From an uncultured virus (IMG/VR IMGVR_UViG_2541047319_000002) (taxonomy: Duplodnaviria > Heunggongvirae > Uroviricota > Caudoviricetes): a stretch of 64,000 bases of DNA. The notes under the pieces were generated by a model, which did no database searches, was not told the origin of the DNA, and worked only from the letters and a program-made list of their open reading frames with translations. Location of the stretch: the IMG/VR virus record IMGVR_UViG_2541047319_000002; one strand, written 5' to 3'. Made by a program: the position numbers and the translations under genes. Numbering within the stretch: position 1 is the first letter of the stretch; every line of letters starts with the position of its first letter. Below, piece after piece: positions 1 to 9,084 of the stretch.

Positions 1-367
1 AATAAAAACAAATATAAATATAAAAGTTGTTATACTATGAAACCTTTAAAAGTAATATTAGATGAAAATGAAGATTTAAAAGAACTATATAAAAGTATGC
101 AATAAATGTATGTAGGCGATGAATTAATGACAATGAATTTTATATAGATGAGGATTATATTTTATATAAAAGAGTGTCATATCTTTAATATAGGACATGA
201 AGTAATAAAAGAGTTTAAAATTATATTTTTAATAGGATATATGAGTTATCAAATCGCTATTATTATAGCTATATTATTATAATTCAAATGATAATGATAG
301 TGATTTGATAAAAGGATTTTAAAGATTATAAAAATCAAAAGGTATAAATACATTAAGATGATTTTCA

Positions 368-396
368 AACAGCTTATAGAGGCTTGTACGGGGTCA
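368..396 (-). repeat. Copy 1 of dispersed 29-bp intergenic element (TGACCCCGTACAAGCCTCTATAAGCTGTT on - strand)
   Basis: Aligns ungapped with copies at 39298-39326, 58787-58815 and 60251-60279. Confidence 0.6.
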
Positions 397-422
397 TAAT
401 CATAAACTAGGAGGGTGTAAAA

Positions 423-920
423 ATGAAATTCAAAAATATAGCTATGGGAATGTTATTAGGTTTAATTATTGTTGGAGTTGCAGGAGCAACAAAAGTTAAG
501 GCTGCCGAATTAGATAATTTTTATGTAGAAACTACAGACAGAGTTATTGAAGTTTTAGAAGATGAAAGTATAGTTTTATATGATACTAAAGAGCAAGTTT
601 ATAATTTCTATCCAGTTTGTCTAGGTGACTGGAACTATAGCTTTAAAAATAAAAAAGATTTAGATAGAGCAGTTGCAACTTACAAAGAGCTGTCAAACAA
701 TATAAGTCACTCAAAGGATGTATATGTGATTAATAAGTTAAATAACAATGGAAACATTAAAGTATTTTTAAATGATGGAAGTTCAATTGTTTATATAAAA
801 CAGGATAATAAATATTACTTTTATCCAGCCTGTATGGGTGATTGGTATTTAATATTAGATAATAAAATAAATTTAAAAAACTGTATAAACACTTATTTTA
901 ATATGGGAGGTGCAATATGA
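423..920 (+). CDS. Secreted hypothetical protein with signal peptide and duplicated ~65-aa domain
   Basis: Basic-hydrophobic N-terminus ending VKA-A; internal repeat FYPVCLGDWNY / FYPACMGDWYL; GGAGGG RBS. Confidence 0.75.
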   Translation: MKFKNIAMGMLLGLIIVGVAGATKVKAAELDNFYVETTDRVIEVLEDESIVLYDTKEQVYNFYPVCLGDWNYSFKNKKDLDRAVATYKELSNNISHSKDVYVINKLNNNGNIKVFLNDGSSIVYIKQDNKYYFYPACMGDWYLILDNKINLKNCINTYFNMGGAI

Positions 921-1051
921 TACGATATATAAAAGATATAAATAATATAAGCTTAGAAGATGCAAAAGAATTAAGTGAAAAGGGGGTTTATTTCATTATA
1001 AAAGATGGGAAAATAAAAGGTATTAAATTTGAAAATATAAAAAATATATGA
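917..1051 (+). CDS. Small hypothetical protein (44 aa, not in ORF track)
   Basis: ATGA overlap with upstream stop, GGAGG RBS; MIRYIKDINNISLEDAKELSEKGVYFIIKDGKIKGIKF... Confidence 0.6.
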   Translation: MIRYIKDINNISLEDAKELSEKGVYFIIKDGKIKGIKFENIKNI

Positions 1052-1072
1052 TGTCTATAAGATAAAATCTCA

Positions 1073-1109
1073 ATTGGTACAGATATAGTTCACTGAGTAT
1101 TGTTATAAT
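1073..1109 (+). promoter_or_regulatory. Promoter with 21-bp conserved box ATTGGTACAGATATAGTTCAC 10 bp upstream of TATAAT
   Basis: 20/21 identical copy at 2231-2251 with the same spacing to TATAAT. Confidence 0.7.
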
Positions 1110-1138
1110 TAACATATAGATTAAATGGAGGGGTAAAA

Positions 1139-2221
1139 ATGGAAACTTTATTGGAAAAAAATTTATTAAAAGAATATAAATTATGGCAAGGTGGAGAACA
1201 TAGACGAATTTACATAAATAAAGTTCCTTCTAAAATTAATTTCAAAGAGTTTATTAAAAATAATGATTTTGGAATTGGACTAGGAGAGGGACTAGGAATA
1301 ACTAAGATAGCACAGCGTGTTGAAAATTCTGGTAATATTTCTGAATTAAAAATTTATTATGATTGTAACAATAAAAATTTTTACTTCATAAAACAATACT
1401 CAGATGTGTTGAAAAAATTCATAGATTTGCTTACTGATGAAATAATTGAAATATATTCAAAAGAAATTTATAGAGAAGATAATGTCAGTCAAGAAATAAA
1501 AGAAAATTCATTTAATGTATTAACGTTAAATGGTTCTGAAAAACAAGTTGAATTGGCTAATGAAATAAGAGATAATGTTTTAAATTTTGTTGACGAACTA
1601 GAAAAGATTAAAATGAAAAAAATAGAAGACGGAGATTATAAAGTAAAAGACAAGAGCATAGAAGAAATGACAGAAAAATGTAAAAGAAAGTTTAAAAGAA
1701 TAAAAGAAGAAATGAGAAGTATAGAAAGTGCTAAATTCTTTATAGATAATTTCAAAGATATTTTAGAACATAATTCTTTAGAGCAAAAAGCATTTCATAT
1801 AAATCAGACATTAAAAGATTCTCAATTTGCAGAAGAAAGTAAAATATGGAGCTTACTGGAATATGAAACACAAGTACCACACAAATTAAAAAAGGTTAAA
1901 GATTATAACATAAGTTATGAAGAAGCTAAGAAGATAGCTAGAGAAATAAAATTTAACAACGCATGGGCTAATGAGATAAAAGAAAATGTACTTAAAATAG
2001 TTGAAATATTTGATGAAATAATAAAACAAGTTCCTAATGCAAGTACGGAAAAAACAAAAGAACTTATTATAGAGACATTAATACAAGAAAATCCAAGATA
2101 TTTCATAAATGGATTTAAAGAAATTAAAGAATCTAAAGTTGAAAGTATTAGAAAAATAGAAGAAATATCAAGAAAAATAGAATTAATATGGCATTTATTT
2201 TATAGAGGAGTAAATTGTTAA
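1139..2221 (+). CDS. Hypothetical protein with internal repeat
   Basis: GGAGGGG RBS; ANEIRDNVL...AKFFIDNFKDI repeated as ANEIKENVL...PRYFINGFKEI. Confidence 0.75.
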   Translation: METLLEKNLLKEYKLWQGGEHRRIYINKVPSKINFKEFIKNNDFGIGLGEGLGITKIAQRVENSGNISELKIYYDCNNKNFYFIKQYSDVLKKFIDLLTDEIIEIYSKEIYREDNVSQEIKENSFNVLTLNGSEKQVELANEIRDNVLNFVDELEKIKMKKIEDGDYKVKDKSIEEMTEKCKRKFKRIKEEMRSIESAKFFIDNFKDILEHNSLEQKAFHINQTLKDSQFAEESKIWSLLEYETQVPHKLKKVKDYNISYEEAKKIAREIKFNNAWANEIKENVLKIVEIFDEIIKQVPNASTEKTKELIIETLIQENPRYFINGFKEIKESKVESIRKIEEISRKIELIWHLFYRGVNC

Positions 2222-2230
2222 AAATTTTGG

Positions 2231-2267
2231 ATTGGTACAAATATAGTTCACCAACAGATATTATAAT
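2231..2267 (+). promoter_or_regulatory. Second copy of 21-bp box plus TATAAT promoter
   Basis: ATTGGTACAAATATAGTTCAC at 2231-2251, TATAAT at 2262-2267. Confidence 0.7.
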
Positions 2268-2297
2268 TAAAATAAAAAATAATTGGAGGTTTAAAAC

Positions 2298-2804
2298 ATG
2301 AATATAGATTTTAGTACAATATTAGATTTAAAAGTTAATAAAGAGAATGTTAAAATGATAGAAAAAGAGATTAATAAAATTAACAATGATATATTTGATA
2401 TAAGTCTTAAAGATTGTGCTAACTGTCACGTAGGATGCGTTAAAGAAACAGCTGGAAAGAGTTTAAAAATTGAAACATGGGGTCATGGTGAAATTAACAG
2501 TAAAATAGGAATAAGATTGAGATTTAATTTTTATTATTCAAAAAGCGACAAAGTAGACATAGAAAATATAGAAAACATTTTAATATATGTAAATAGCTTG
2601 TGTAGCAAAAATGTAGAAAGTGACCTTATAGCTAATGTAAGACCTAAATTTTATAAATTAGAAGGGAAATATTCTACACGTGTTGAAAAATGTGAAATTA
2701 GACACGAATTAACAGGCATAAACAAGCAGGAAATTAAAGAATTTTTAGAGTATCTTACAGAAATTGAAAAGAGCGAAAGAACTTTTATATATAAAAATAA
2801 TTAA
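2298..2804 (+). CDS. Hypothetical phage protein
   Basis: ORF with GGAGG RBS. Confidence 0.7.
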   Translation: MNIDFSTILDLKVNKENVKMIEKEINKINNDIFDISLKDCANCHVGCVKETAGKSLKIETWGHGEINSKIGIRLRFNFYYSKSDKVDIENIENILIYVNSLCSKNVESDLIANVRPKFYKLEGKYSTRVEKCEIRHELTGINKQEIKEFLEYLTEIEKSERTFIYKNN

Positions 2805-2807
2805 AAA

Positions 2808-3125
2808 ATGGAGATGGCTAAAATGGAAAATAAAATAATAGAATTTTTAGAAGAAATGGAAAATTTAAAAGGGCAAGAGTTTAATATAATAGAATTTGAC
2901 AATGAAATACAAGAATTATATGCTAGAGCAGTAGAAAGAACAAGTAGTTGGGACTTTTTTACATCTGGAGATATAAACGAATATTTAAATGTAGGAAGCT
3001 ATACATATTGCGGATTAGGCGAAGATTATGACTTAGACATAAATATTGAATTTGAAGTGGTAGAAAAAAACGAGGAAGATGTTTGTAGTTCTATAATAAA
3101 AATAATAAATATAGAGAAATTATAA
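2808..3125 (+). CDS. Hypothetical acidic phage protein (start possibly 2823)
   Basis: ORF in co-directional operon. Confidence 0.7.
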   Translation: MEMAKMENKIIEFLEEMENLKGQEFNIIEFDNEIQELYARAVERTSSWDFFTSGDINEYLNVGSYTYCGLGEDYDLDINIEFEVVEKNEEDVCSSIIKIINIEKL

Positions 3126-3139
3126 AGAGGTGAATTGAT

Positions 3140-3472
3140 ATGCAAAAATATTTTAAAGAAGAGTGGCATTATATACCTGATTTTAGATTTAAAATAGAAA
3201 ATATAGAAAATTGCACAATTAAAGTTAATGATTTAAAGGTAGATATGAAAATGAGTCAAGATTTTAGATTTAAAGGATATATAGAATATACTATATATAT
3301 ACCATATAACCATAAAATTTTTACAAGAGAGTATGATGAAATTTTAGACTTAGAGCAGCTTAGTGAATGTGAACAATTTTGTGACGAATTATCAGAACTT
3401 AGAGGTAAAGTTGAAGAAGGTATTGAGCAGTATCTAAAGGATAAAAATAAATTAGTAGAAATAGAATACTAG
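3140..3472 (+). CDS. Hypothetical phage protein
   Basis: GAGGTG RBS. Confidence 0.7.
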   Translation: MQKYFKEEWHYIPDFRFKIENIENCTIKVNDLKVDMKMSQDFRFKGYIEYTIYIPYNHKIFTREYDEILDLEQLSECEQFCDELSELRGKVEEGIEQYLKDKNKLVEIEY

Positions 3473-3532
3473 GTGTAATTAAATTTATTTTCAAAAACTA
3501 TAAAATAGAATTTAAAAATAGGAGGAATTAAG

Positions 3533-4081
3533 ATGAATTATAAAAAAATAAAAAGATTTTTAAAAATAATAGATAAGAATATAGATAAAATAGAAGAAGA
3601 AGCTATAAAAGTTTATAAGGAAAGTTTTTTAGCAGAAGATAATACTATAAGAATATATATAAATTTAGAAGGTAAAGTTGAAGCTATATCAGTTCATAAC
3701 TCGCTTAAATATGTAGAAGATATTTATGAAAGAGAAATTTTTATTTGTGAATTAAACAAAGAAAAAATAAGTGTTAATGAATTACTAGGAGAACCTTGTT
3801 ACTTAAATGATTATGAAGAATTTGAAAAATGGTGTAAAATTAAAAATGAAGATTTGGATTGGGAAAGTTATAAAAAATTCAACAAAGACAGCTTTGACGA
3901 ATTAATTGAAAGAAATCTAGAAGATAGTTTGTCAGATTTTTCAGAAGAAATAAAAAAGAATATTGAAAATCGTAAACAAGAATTGCAAGTAATAGTTGAA
4001 AGAAGTATAGAAAATTATTATTATCATGATATTATTCTTTTTAATAATTTGCTTAATAATAATTTGCTTAATAATAATTGA
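3533..4081 (+). CDS. Hypothetical phage protein
   Basis: AGGAGG RBS; C-terminus contains an 18-bp tandem duplication (NNLLNN x2). Confidence 0.7.
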   Translation: MNYKKIKRFLKIIDKNIDKIEEEAIKVYKESFLAEDNTIRIYINLEGKVEAISVHNSLKYVEDIYEREIFICELNKEKISVNELLGEPCYLNDYEEFEKWCKIKNEDLDWESYKKFNKDSFDELIERNLEDSLSDFSEEIKKNIENRKQELQVIVERSIENYYYHDIILFNNLLNNNLLNNN

Positions 4082-4210
4082 TTTAACTTGTGTATTAAAT
4101 CGCAATAAAATAATAAGAGAAGTATCAAAAGAAAATTAAATGATGAAAAATGTTATAAGACAAGCTATACTTATAATGTACAATATGAAAAATTGGAGGA
4201 ATAAATATAT

Positions 4211-4732
4211 ATGTTTAAAATAGAAGTAGGAAAGAAATTAGAAGCAGAAATACCAGTTGGCTTGAGTATTAATTTTAGTGAAACTGGATTTACAGCTATA
4301 TTTAAATTAGATAATTTATCAGACAAAGAAATAATTGAATTTCGAAAAGGTAATTTAAGAATAGATGTATCTTTTTTAGACAAAATTATTTTCTTCGTAT
4401 TTACAAATACAATGGGTATAGGAGATGCAGATATACCATTTACAATTCATTTATCTAAATGTAAAGAATTTCAAGAACTTGAAGAAAATGAAGGATATGC
4501 AATGGATTTAATGTTAGTAGAAGCTAACAACAATATTGTAAAAGGTTTCAGACGTGTTGGACTTAATACAAACACATCTAAATATTTAAAAAAATGTGCT
4601 ATGGAACAACTAGAATATGATTTTAATATGGATGAACATATGAGAAGGGTTAAAGAAATACAAAGAAAATACAACTCAAGAGAAATAAAAAAATTATCAG
4701 GAGCATATTCTAAGTTTGAAAGAAAGCAGTAA
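4211..4732 (+). CDS. Hypothetical protein
   Basis: GGAGG RBS. Confidence 0.7.
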   Translation: MFKIEVGKKLEAEIPVGLSINFSETGFTAIFKLDNLSDKEIIEFRKGNLRIDVSFLDKIIFFVFTNTMGIGDADIPFTIHLSKCKEFQELEENEGYAMDLMLVEANNNIVKGFRRVGLNTNTSKYLKKCAMEQLEYDFNMDEHMRRVKEIQRKYNSREIKKLSGAYSKFERKQ

Positions 4733-4791
4733 TCAAAGTATAAATTATATATTTTAATTAGTATAAACAACAATAAAATATGCTTTTATCA

Positions 4792-4819
4792 GGTCTGCAT
4801 TTAAATAATGCAGACTTTT
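4792..4819 (+). terminator. Probable intrinsic terminator
   Basis: GTCTGCATT-taaat-AATGCAGAC hairpin followed by TTTT. Confidence 0.6.
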
Positions 4820-4908
4820 AAACAGAAGGAGTTTATGAAGATAGTTAATATATAAAAAGTAATAAACATAGATAGTTATTATTACTTTAAAGTATTTTGG
4901 GGGTTAAT

Positions 4909-7263
4909 ATGAAAAAAGAATTATTGGCTGGTTCATGTAATTTAAATAAAAAGGAACAAACACTAGTCGGACATATTAAAGATTTATTTAAAGTATTAGA
5001 ATCTATATTAGATATAGATTTGTATTCAGGTAAAGATATAGAAATACTAAAGATATGTTGTGTTTTGCACGATTTAGGAAAGATTAATTTAATCACACAG
5101 CAAAAAATAGAAATTAACAATAAAATATCATCTAGTTCTTTAAAAGAAGAAATCAAAAAATTAGAATTTGAAAAAAAATCTTTAGAAAAGATAGCGAAAC
5201 ATAATGTGTTTTCTGGAGCATTTTTGAAATCAATATTAGAAAAAATGAACTTGTCAGAAGAAGATGAATTTTATATATATAAAAGCATAATGCTACATCA
5301 TGGAAATTATATAGATTATATGAAATTAACTACTAGTAAAGTACAAGAAGAAATTTATAAGTATATTGATGATGGAATTTTAGAAAACAAAGAATCATTT
5401 AATCTGAAAGATATAGAAGATTGTATAAGTGAAATTTTAAATATAGATTTTAAATTTAATGAGGATGTACTGGATTATGATTATTTAGATAAATTAAGTG
5501 AAAAAATGGTTATAGAGAGTGATTATGATAATGGTCAAATAGATGACTCAATTTTAAATCAAAGAAGAGCTAAATATATTTTGTATAAAGGTATGCTGAA
5601 TTTAATAGACCATGTTGCACAAGGCACAAATAAAGATATAAAATTTTATAATGATTTTACTGATAAAGAAATTGATGAAATGATTTTAAATGATATATAT
5701 AATAATCATGATAATTTAGAAAAAAATAATATAGAGTTCAATACTATACAAAAAAAGATGAGAAAATTTTCTGAAAAAAATGTTCTGACTGTTGCATTTA
5801 CTGGGTCAGGAAAAAAAGTTGCTGATTGTAGAAAGAATTTTAAAAGAAAATTATTTTTAGTTCCAAATCAATTTTCATCCGAAAGTTTTTACATAAAAAA
5901 TATATTTAAAAATGATTATCTTGGATTACTTAATGGAGATATAAATTTATATTCATATAGTGAAAATTATAATGAACAAGATTGTGAAGTAACTTTAAGA
6001 GATATAGATTTGAGTTTGAATCTTTGTAAACCATATTTAATTGCAACCATTGACCAATTATTATTAAGTATGTTTAAGTTTCCAGGGTATGAAAAGATAT
6101 TTGCAGCTGTAAAAAATGCATCTATAACTGTTGATGAAGTTCATTTATTGAATCCAAAGATGTTTTTAATTTTAATATATTTTATACAGTTTGCATGTAA
6201 GTATTTAAATGTTGATTTTCACTTAATGGCAACTATGCTTCCAAAATCATATAAAGAGCAAATGATAAGCAAGGGAATTATTTTTCAAGAAGAATGTAAT
6301 GAAAATATCACTGATAAAGGGGAGATAGTTTTTATTGAGAGCAACAAGGAAGAAGATATTTGTGAAGGTAAAAATGTAAAGGTTTCTTTTATAAAAGAAA
6401 AAGAAATCAAATCAATAGTTGAAAATGCTTTAGAAAAGAAACAGAGAATTTTAATAATAAAAAACACTATTGATTCAGCTAATAGCACATATAAGCTTTT
6501 AAAAGAAAACTTATCAAATAAATATAATGATGCAGATATAAATGTTTTGCATGATAGGTTTAAATTTAAAGATAAAGAAGAAAAATATAATAAAATATTT
6601 GATGAAAAGGGTGATGTTTGGATATCTACTCAAGAAATATCATTAGACATAGATTTTAATATAGTAATAAGTGATTTAGCAACTATGGATAGTTTAATAC
6701 AAAGAATGAGTAAATGTAATAGTAATGATAAATGTGAATATGGGAATTTTTATATTCTGCCTAGTAAAGATGAAATTTATGACGACAAACTTAAGAATAC
6801 AACTAAATCTATTTTAAATAAAATATTAAAGACAGAATCTATTTTTACGATGAGTATTAGAAAAAATATTTTGAATGAATATTATGATAATAGTGTAGTT
6901 AAAAAATATTTTGAAGATAGTTTTATAAATTGTGATAATGAAATTAAGAATATTTTTGGTATGTATAAAGCTGATTTCGATGGTTTGGATTTAATATTTA
7001 ATTTTGAACCTTATAAACATATTGTTGATAATGAGAGCGAAGCATCTAAGCTTTTTAAAGCTACTGATACAAACTGTAAAATTATTCTCGAGGAAGATTT
7101 TTATCGAGAAGATATAGATTTACAACGTGACTCAATTCAAGTGTCAGGATTTATATTTAATAGATTGTGTTACTTGAAATTAATAAATAAATTAGAAGGA
7201 TATATGGTACTAAAATCTAGTAATAAGTTAAAGTATAACAGCACTTTAGGGTTAATTTTGTAG
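4909..7263 (+). CDS. cas3: Stand-alone CRISPR-associated Cas3 (HD nuclease + SF2 helicase) with degenerate helicase motifs
   Basis: HD motifs TLVGH, LHDLGK, KHN, LHHG, LIDH; helicase AFTGSGKK, ATIDQLL, DEVH, LHDRF, STQEISLDIDF, LIQRMSKCN. Confidence 0.85.
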   Translation: MKKELLAGSCNLNKKEQTLVGHIKDLFKVLESILDIDLYSGKDIEILKICCVLHDLGKINLITQQKIEINNKISSSSLKEEIKKLEFEKKSLEKIAKHNVFSGAFLKSILEKMNLSEEDEFYIYKSIMLHHGNYIDYMKLTTSKVQEEIYKYIDDGILENKESFNLKDIEDCISEILNIDFKFNEDVLDYDYLDKLSEKMVIESDYDNGQIDDSILNQRRAKYILYKGMLNLIDHVAQGTNKDIKFYNDFTDKEIDEMILNDIYNNHDNLEKNNIEFNTIQKKMRKFSEKNVLTVAFTGSGKKVADCRKNFKRKLFLVPNQFSSESFYIKNIFKNDYLGLLNGDINLYSYSENYNEQDCEVTLRDIDLSLNLCKPYLIATIDQLLLSMFKFPGYEKIFAAVKNASITVDEVHLLNPKMFLILIYFIQFACKYLNVDFHLMATMLPKSYKEQMISKGIIFQEECNENITDKGEIVFIESNKEEDICEGKNVKVSFIKEKEIKSIVENALEKKQRILIIKNTIDSANSTYKLLKENLSNKYNDADINVLHDRFKFKDKEEKYNKIFDEKGDVWISTQEISLDIDFNIVISDLATMDSLIQRMSKCNSNDKCEYGNFYILPSKDEIYDDKLKNTTKSILNKILKTESIFTMSIRKNILNEYYDNSVVKKYFEDSFINCDNEIKNIFGMYKADFDGLDLIFNFEPYKHIVDNESEASKLFKATDTNCKIILEEDFYREDIDLQRDSIQVSGFIFNRLCYLKLINKLEGYMVLKSSNKLKYNSTLGLIL

Positions 7264-7270
7264 TAAGTAT

Positions 7271-7309
7271 ATAAAGTCAATATACTAAATTACAGCATAT
7301 TGACTTTAT
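7271..7309 (+). terminator. Hairpin/terminator after cas3
   Basis: ATAAAGTCAATAT...ATATTGACTTTAT inverted repeat. Confidence 0.6.
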
Positions 7310-7448
7310 CGTTTACTTATTAATAGATGTAATATTGTAAAAAAATGATATAGTTTAGAAAGATATGTAGATTAAACGTAGAATTAAAAGATTAACATAG
7401 TATGACAATCATAATCTCGTGTAGTATACTTAAATTAGAGGTGAGTAT

Positions 7449-8021
7449 ATGACTTGGAATGATTTAAAAAATAATGATATAACATATATAGTTGAATATA
7501 TTAATAGTAAGTTAAATGATAGTAAGAGTTTGACTAAAGTTGCTATAGAGCTTGGTGTATCTGAAAGTAGTATAAGAAAATATCTCACTAAAAGAGGTTA
7601 TAAACGTATAAATGATGAGTATGTGTTTATTGGTGACAATAGTATGACAAAGGTAGTAAACAACAGACAACAGAGTAATAATGATAATAGATTTAATATG
7701 ACAATAGAAGATGACAACAATCACAACATAGTAATTGACAACCAATTTAAAAATAATATAATCTCTTTAGCAAAAGACTATGATAAAATACAAGATGTAT
7801 TAAACTGGTTTGAGAATAAAGAAGATACAAATGTAATAGAAATTGTACAGGATGGTATTAAAATTGATTTACCTTCAAAAGATGCTATAAGGACTACAGT
7901 TAGGTTGAATAAGGATGCATGGAACTTATTTGATGAGTTTTGTGAAAAATTCAGAGAGTTTAATAAGTCTGATTTGATGAGCATGGCATTACTTGAATAC
8001 ATAAATAAGTATGATAAATAA
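7449..8021 (+). CDS. DNA-binding protein: N-terminal HTH, low-complexity linker, C-terminal ribbon-helix-helix-like domain
   Basis: LTKVAIELGVSESSIRKYL HTH; RTTVRLNKDAWNLF...KSDLMSMALLEYI CopG/RHH-like. Confidence 0.7.
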   Translation: MTWNDLKNNDITYIVEYINSKLNDSKSLTKVAIELGVSESSIRKYLTKRGYKRINDEYVFIGDNSMTKVVNNRQQSNNDNRFNMTIEDDNNHNIVIDNQFKNNIISLAKDYDKIQDVLNWFENKEDTNVIEIVQDGIKIDLPSKDAIRTTVRLNKDAWNLFDEFCEKFREFNKSDLMSMALLEYINKYDK

Positions 8022-8050
8022 AAATGACAATAAAATCGTAGTTTTAATTT

Positions 8051-8088
8051 AAATAACCTCATTATTTTGAGGTTATTTTTTTTATTTT
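8051..8088 (+). terminator. Intrinsic terminator
   Basis: AAATAACCTCA-ttattt-TGAGGTTATTT followed by a T-run. Confidence 0.75.
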
Positions 8089-8141
8089 CTATTTAAAACG
8101 GAGAAGGTAAATGTTATAATATATATATAATTAAAAAAAGG

Positions 8142-9080
8142 ATGTTTGAATTTATGAATTATAATTTAAAAAATGAAAATGTATTATCAGAGCTATTACA
8201 AAATGAGGATGAAAAAACAAGGATTGGTATACTCAAAGTTTATAAAGTGTTAATATTTTGGTTTGCTAAAGAAGGAAAGCTTGTTGAGGAAGAAAATGAC
8301 TATATTGTTGAGATAGTAGGTAATGATAAAGAAGAAATTGTGAGAGATATGAGCCAGAATAAAACATACAATGCCATAATGGCTATAATTTTTAAAATTA
8401 ATAAGATATTTAAAACTTTAAATTACGATATTCACTTTTCTAAACCAAAAAATTTAGTCGCTGAATTTGATTTATCAAAATATCTAAGACAAGATGAAGT
8501 ACTTCAGGTATGTAGTAAGCTAACTAATGCACAAGATAAGTTTATAATTTATGCAGCTTTTTGTGGTCTTATTGGTAAAGATGCTGAAGACCTAAGGGGT
8601 ATAAAAATAAAAGACATAGATTTAGAAAAAAGGTTAATAAAGTTAAAGGATACAGAATTTAAGCTGGACAAGTTCTTATTTGATTTTACAAAAGATACAT
8701 TAGAACAAAAAGAGTATAAACAATATTTGGAGCAAGACAGCAATGCTGCTGAGTTTTATCTATTTAATTCTAATTCTGAATATTTAATTAAAACTAAACC
8801 AGATGCTAGATATGGAAATGGATTAAAAGAGATGGGATACTCAACAATTCGCAAAAGATTACTTATTATTAATGATTATTTAGATAATAAAGTACAGTTG
8901 AATTTCACTAATTTAAAAATTTCTGGTATTATGCATCAAATGCATCTAAATGAAAAAAAATATACTCAATCTGGATATTGGACTAATAAAAGCTTGAAAG
9001 AGTTTAAGGAGGATAACAATTTAAACTTCAAAATACAAGAAGTTCTATCTATTTATAAGCAAAAATATATTAAGGAGTAA
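8142..9080 (+). CDS. Tyrosine-recombinase-fold protein, probably a catalytically inactive MrpR/YopR-like phage repressor
   Basis: NAQDKFIIYAAFCGLIGKDAEDLRGIKIKDID resembles integrase box I as in SPbeta YopR; the box I Arg and HxxR are absent (TNLKISG). Confidence 0.6.
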   Translation: MFEFMNYNLKNENVLSELLQNEDEKTRIGILKVYKVLIFWFAKEGKLVEEENDYIVEIVGNDKEEIVRDMSQNKTYNAIMAIIFKINKIFKTLNYDIHFSKPKNLVAEFDLSKYLRQDEVLQVCSKLTNAQDKFIIYAAFCGLIGKDAEDLRGIKIKDIDLEKRLIKLKDTEFKLDKFLFDFTKDTLEQKEYKQYLEQDSNAAEFYLFNSNSEYLIKTKPDARYGNGLKEMGYSTIRKRLLIINDYLDNKVQLNFTNLKISGIMHQMHLNEKKYTQSGYWTNKSLKEFKEDNNLNFKIQEVLSIYKQKYIKE

Positions 9081-9084
9081 CCTT

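Noticed and set aside
4042..4080. 18-bp tandem repeat at the end of gene 3533
   Set aside because: Two copies of low-complexity sequence; likely a simple slippage duplication.
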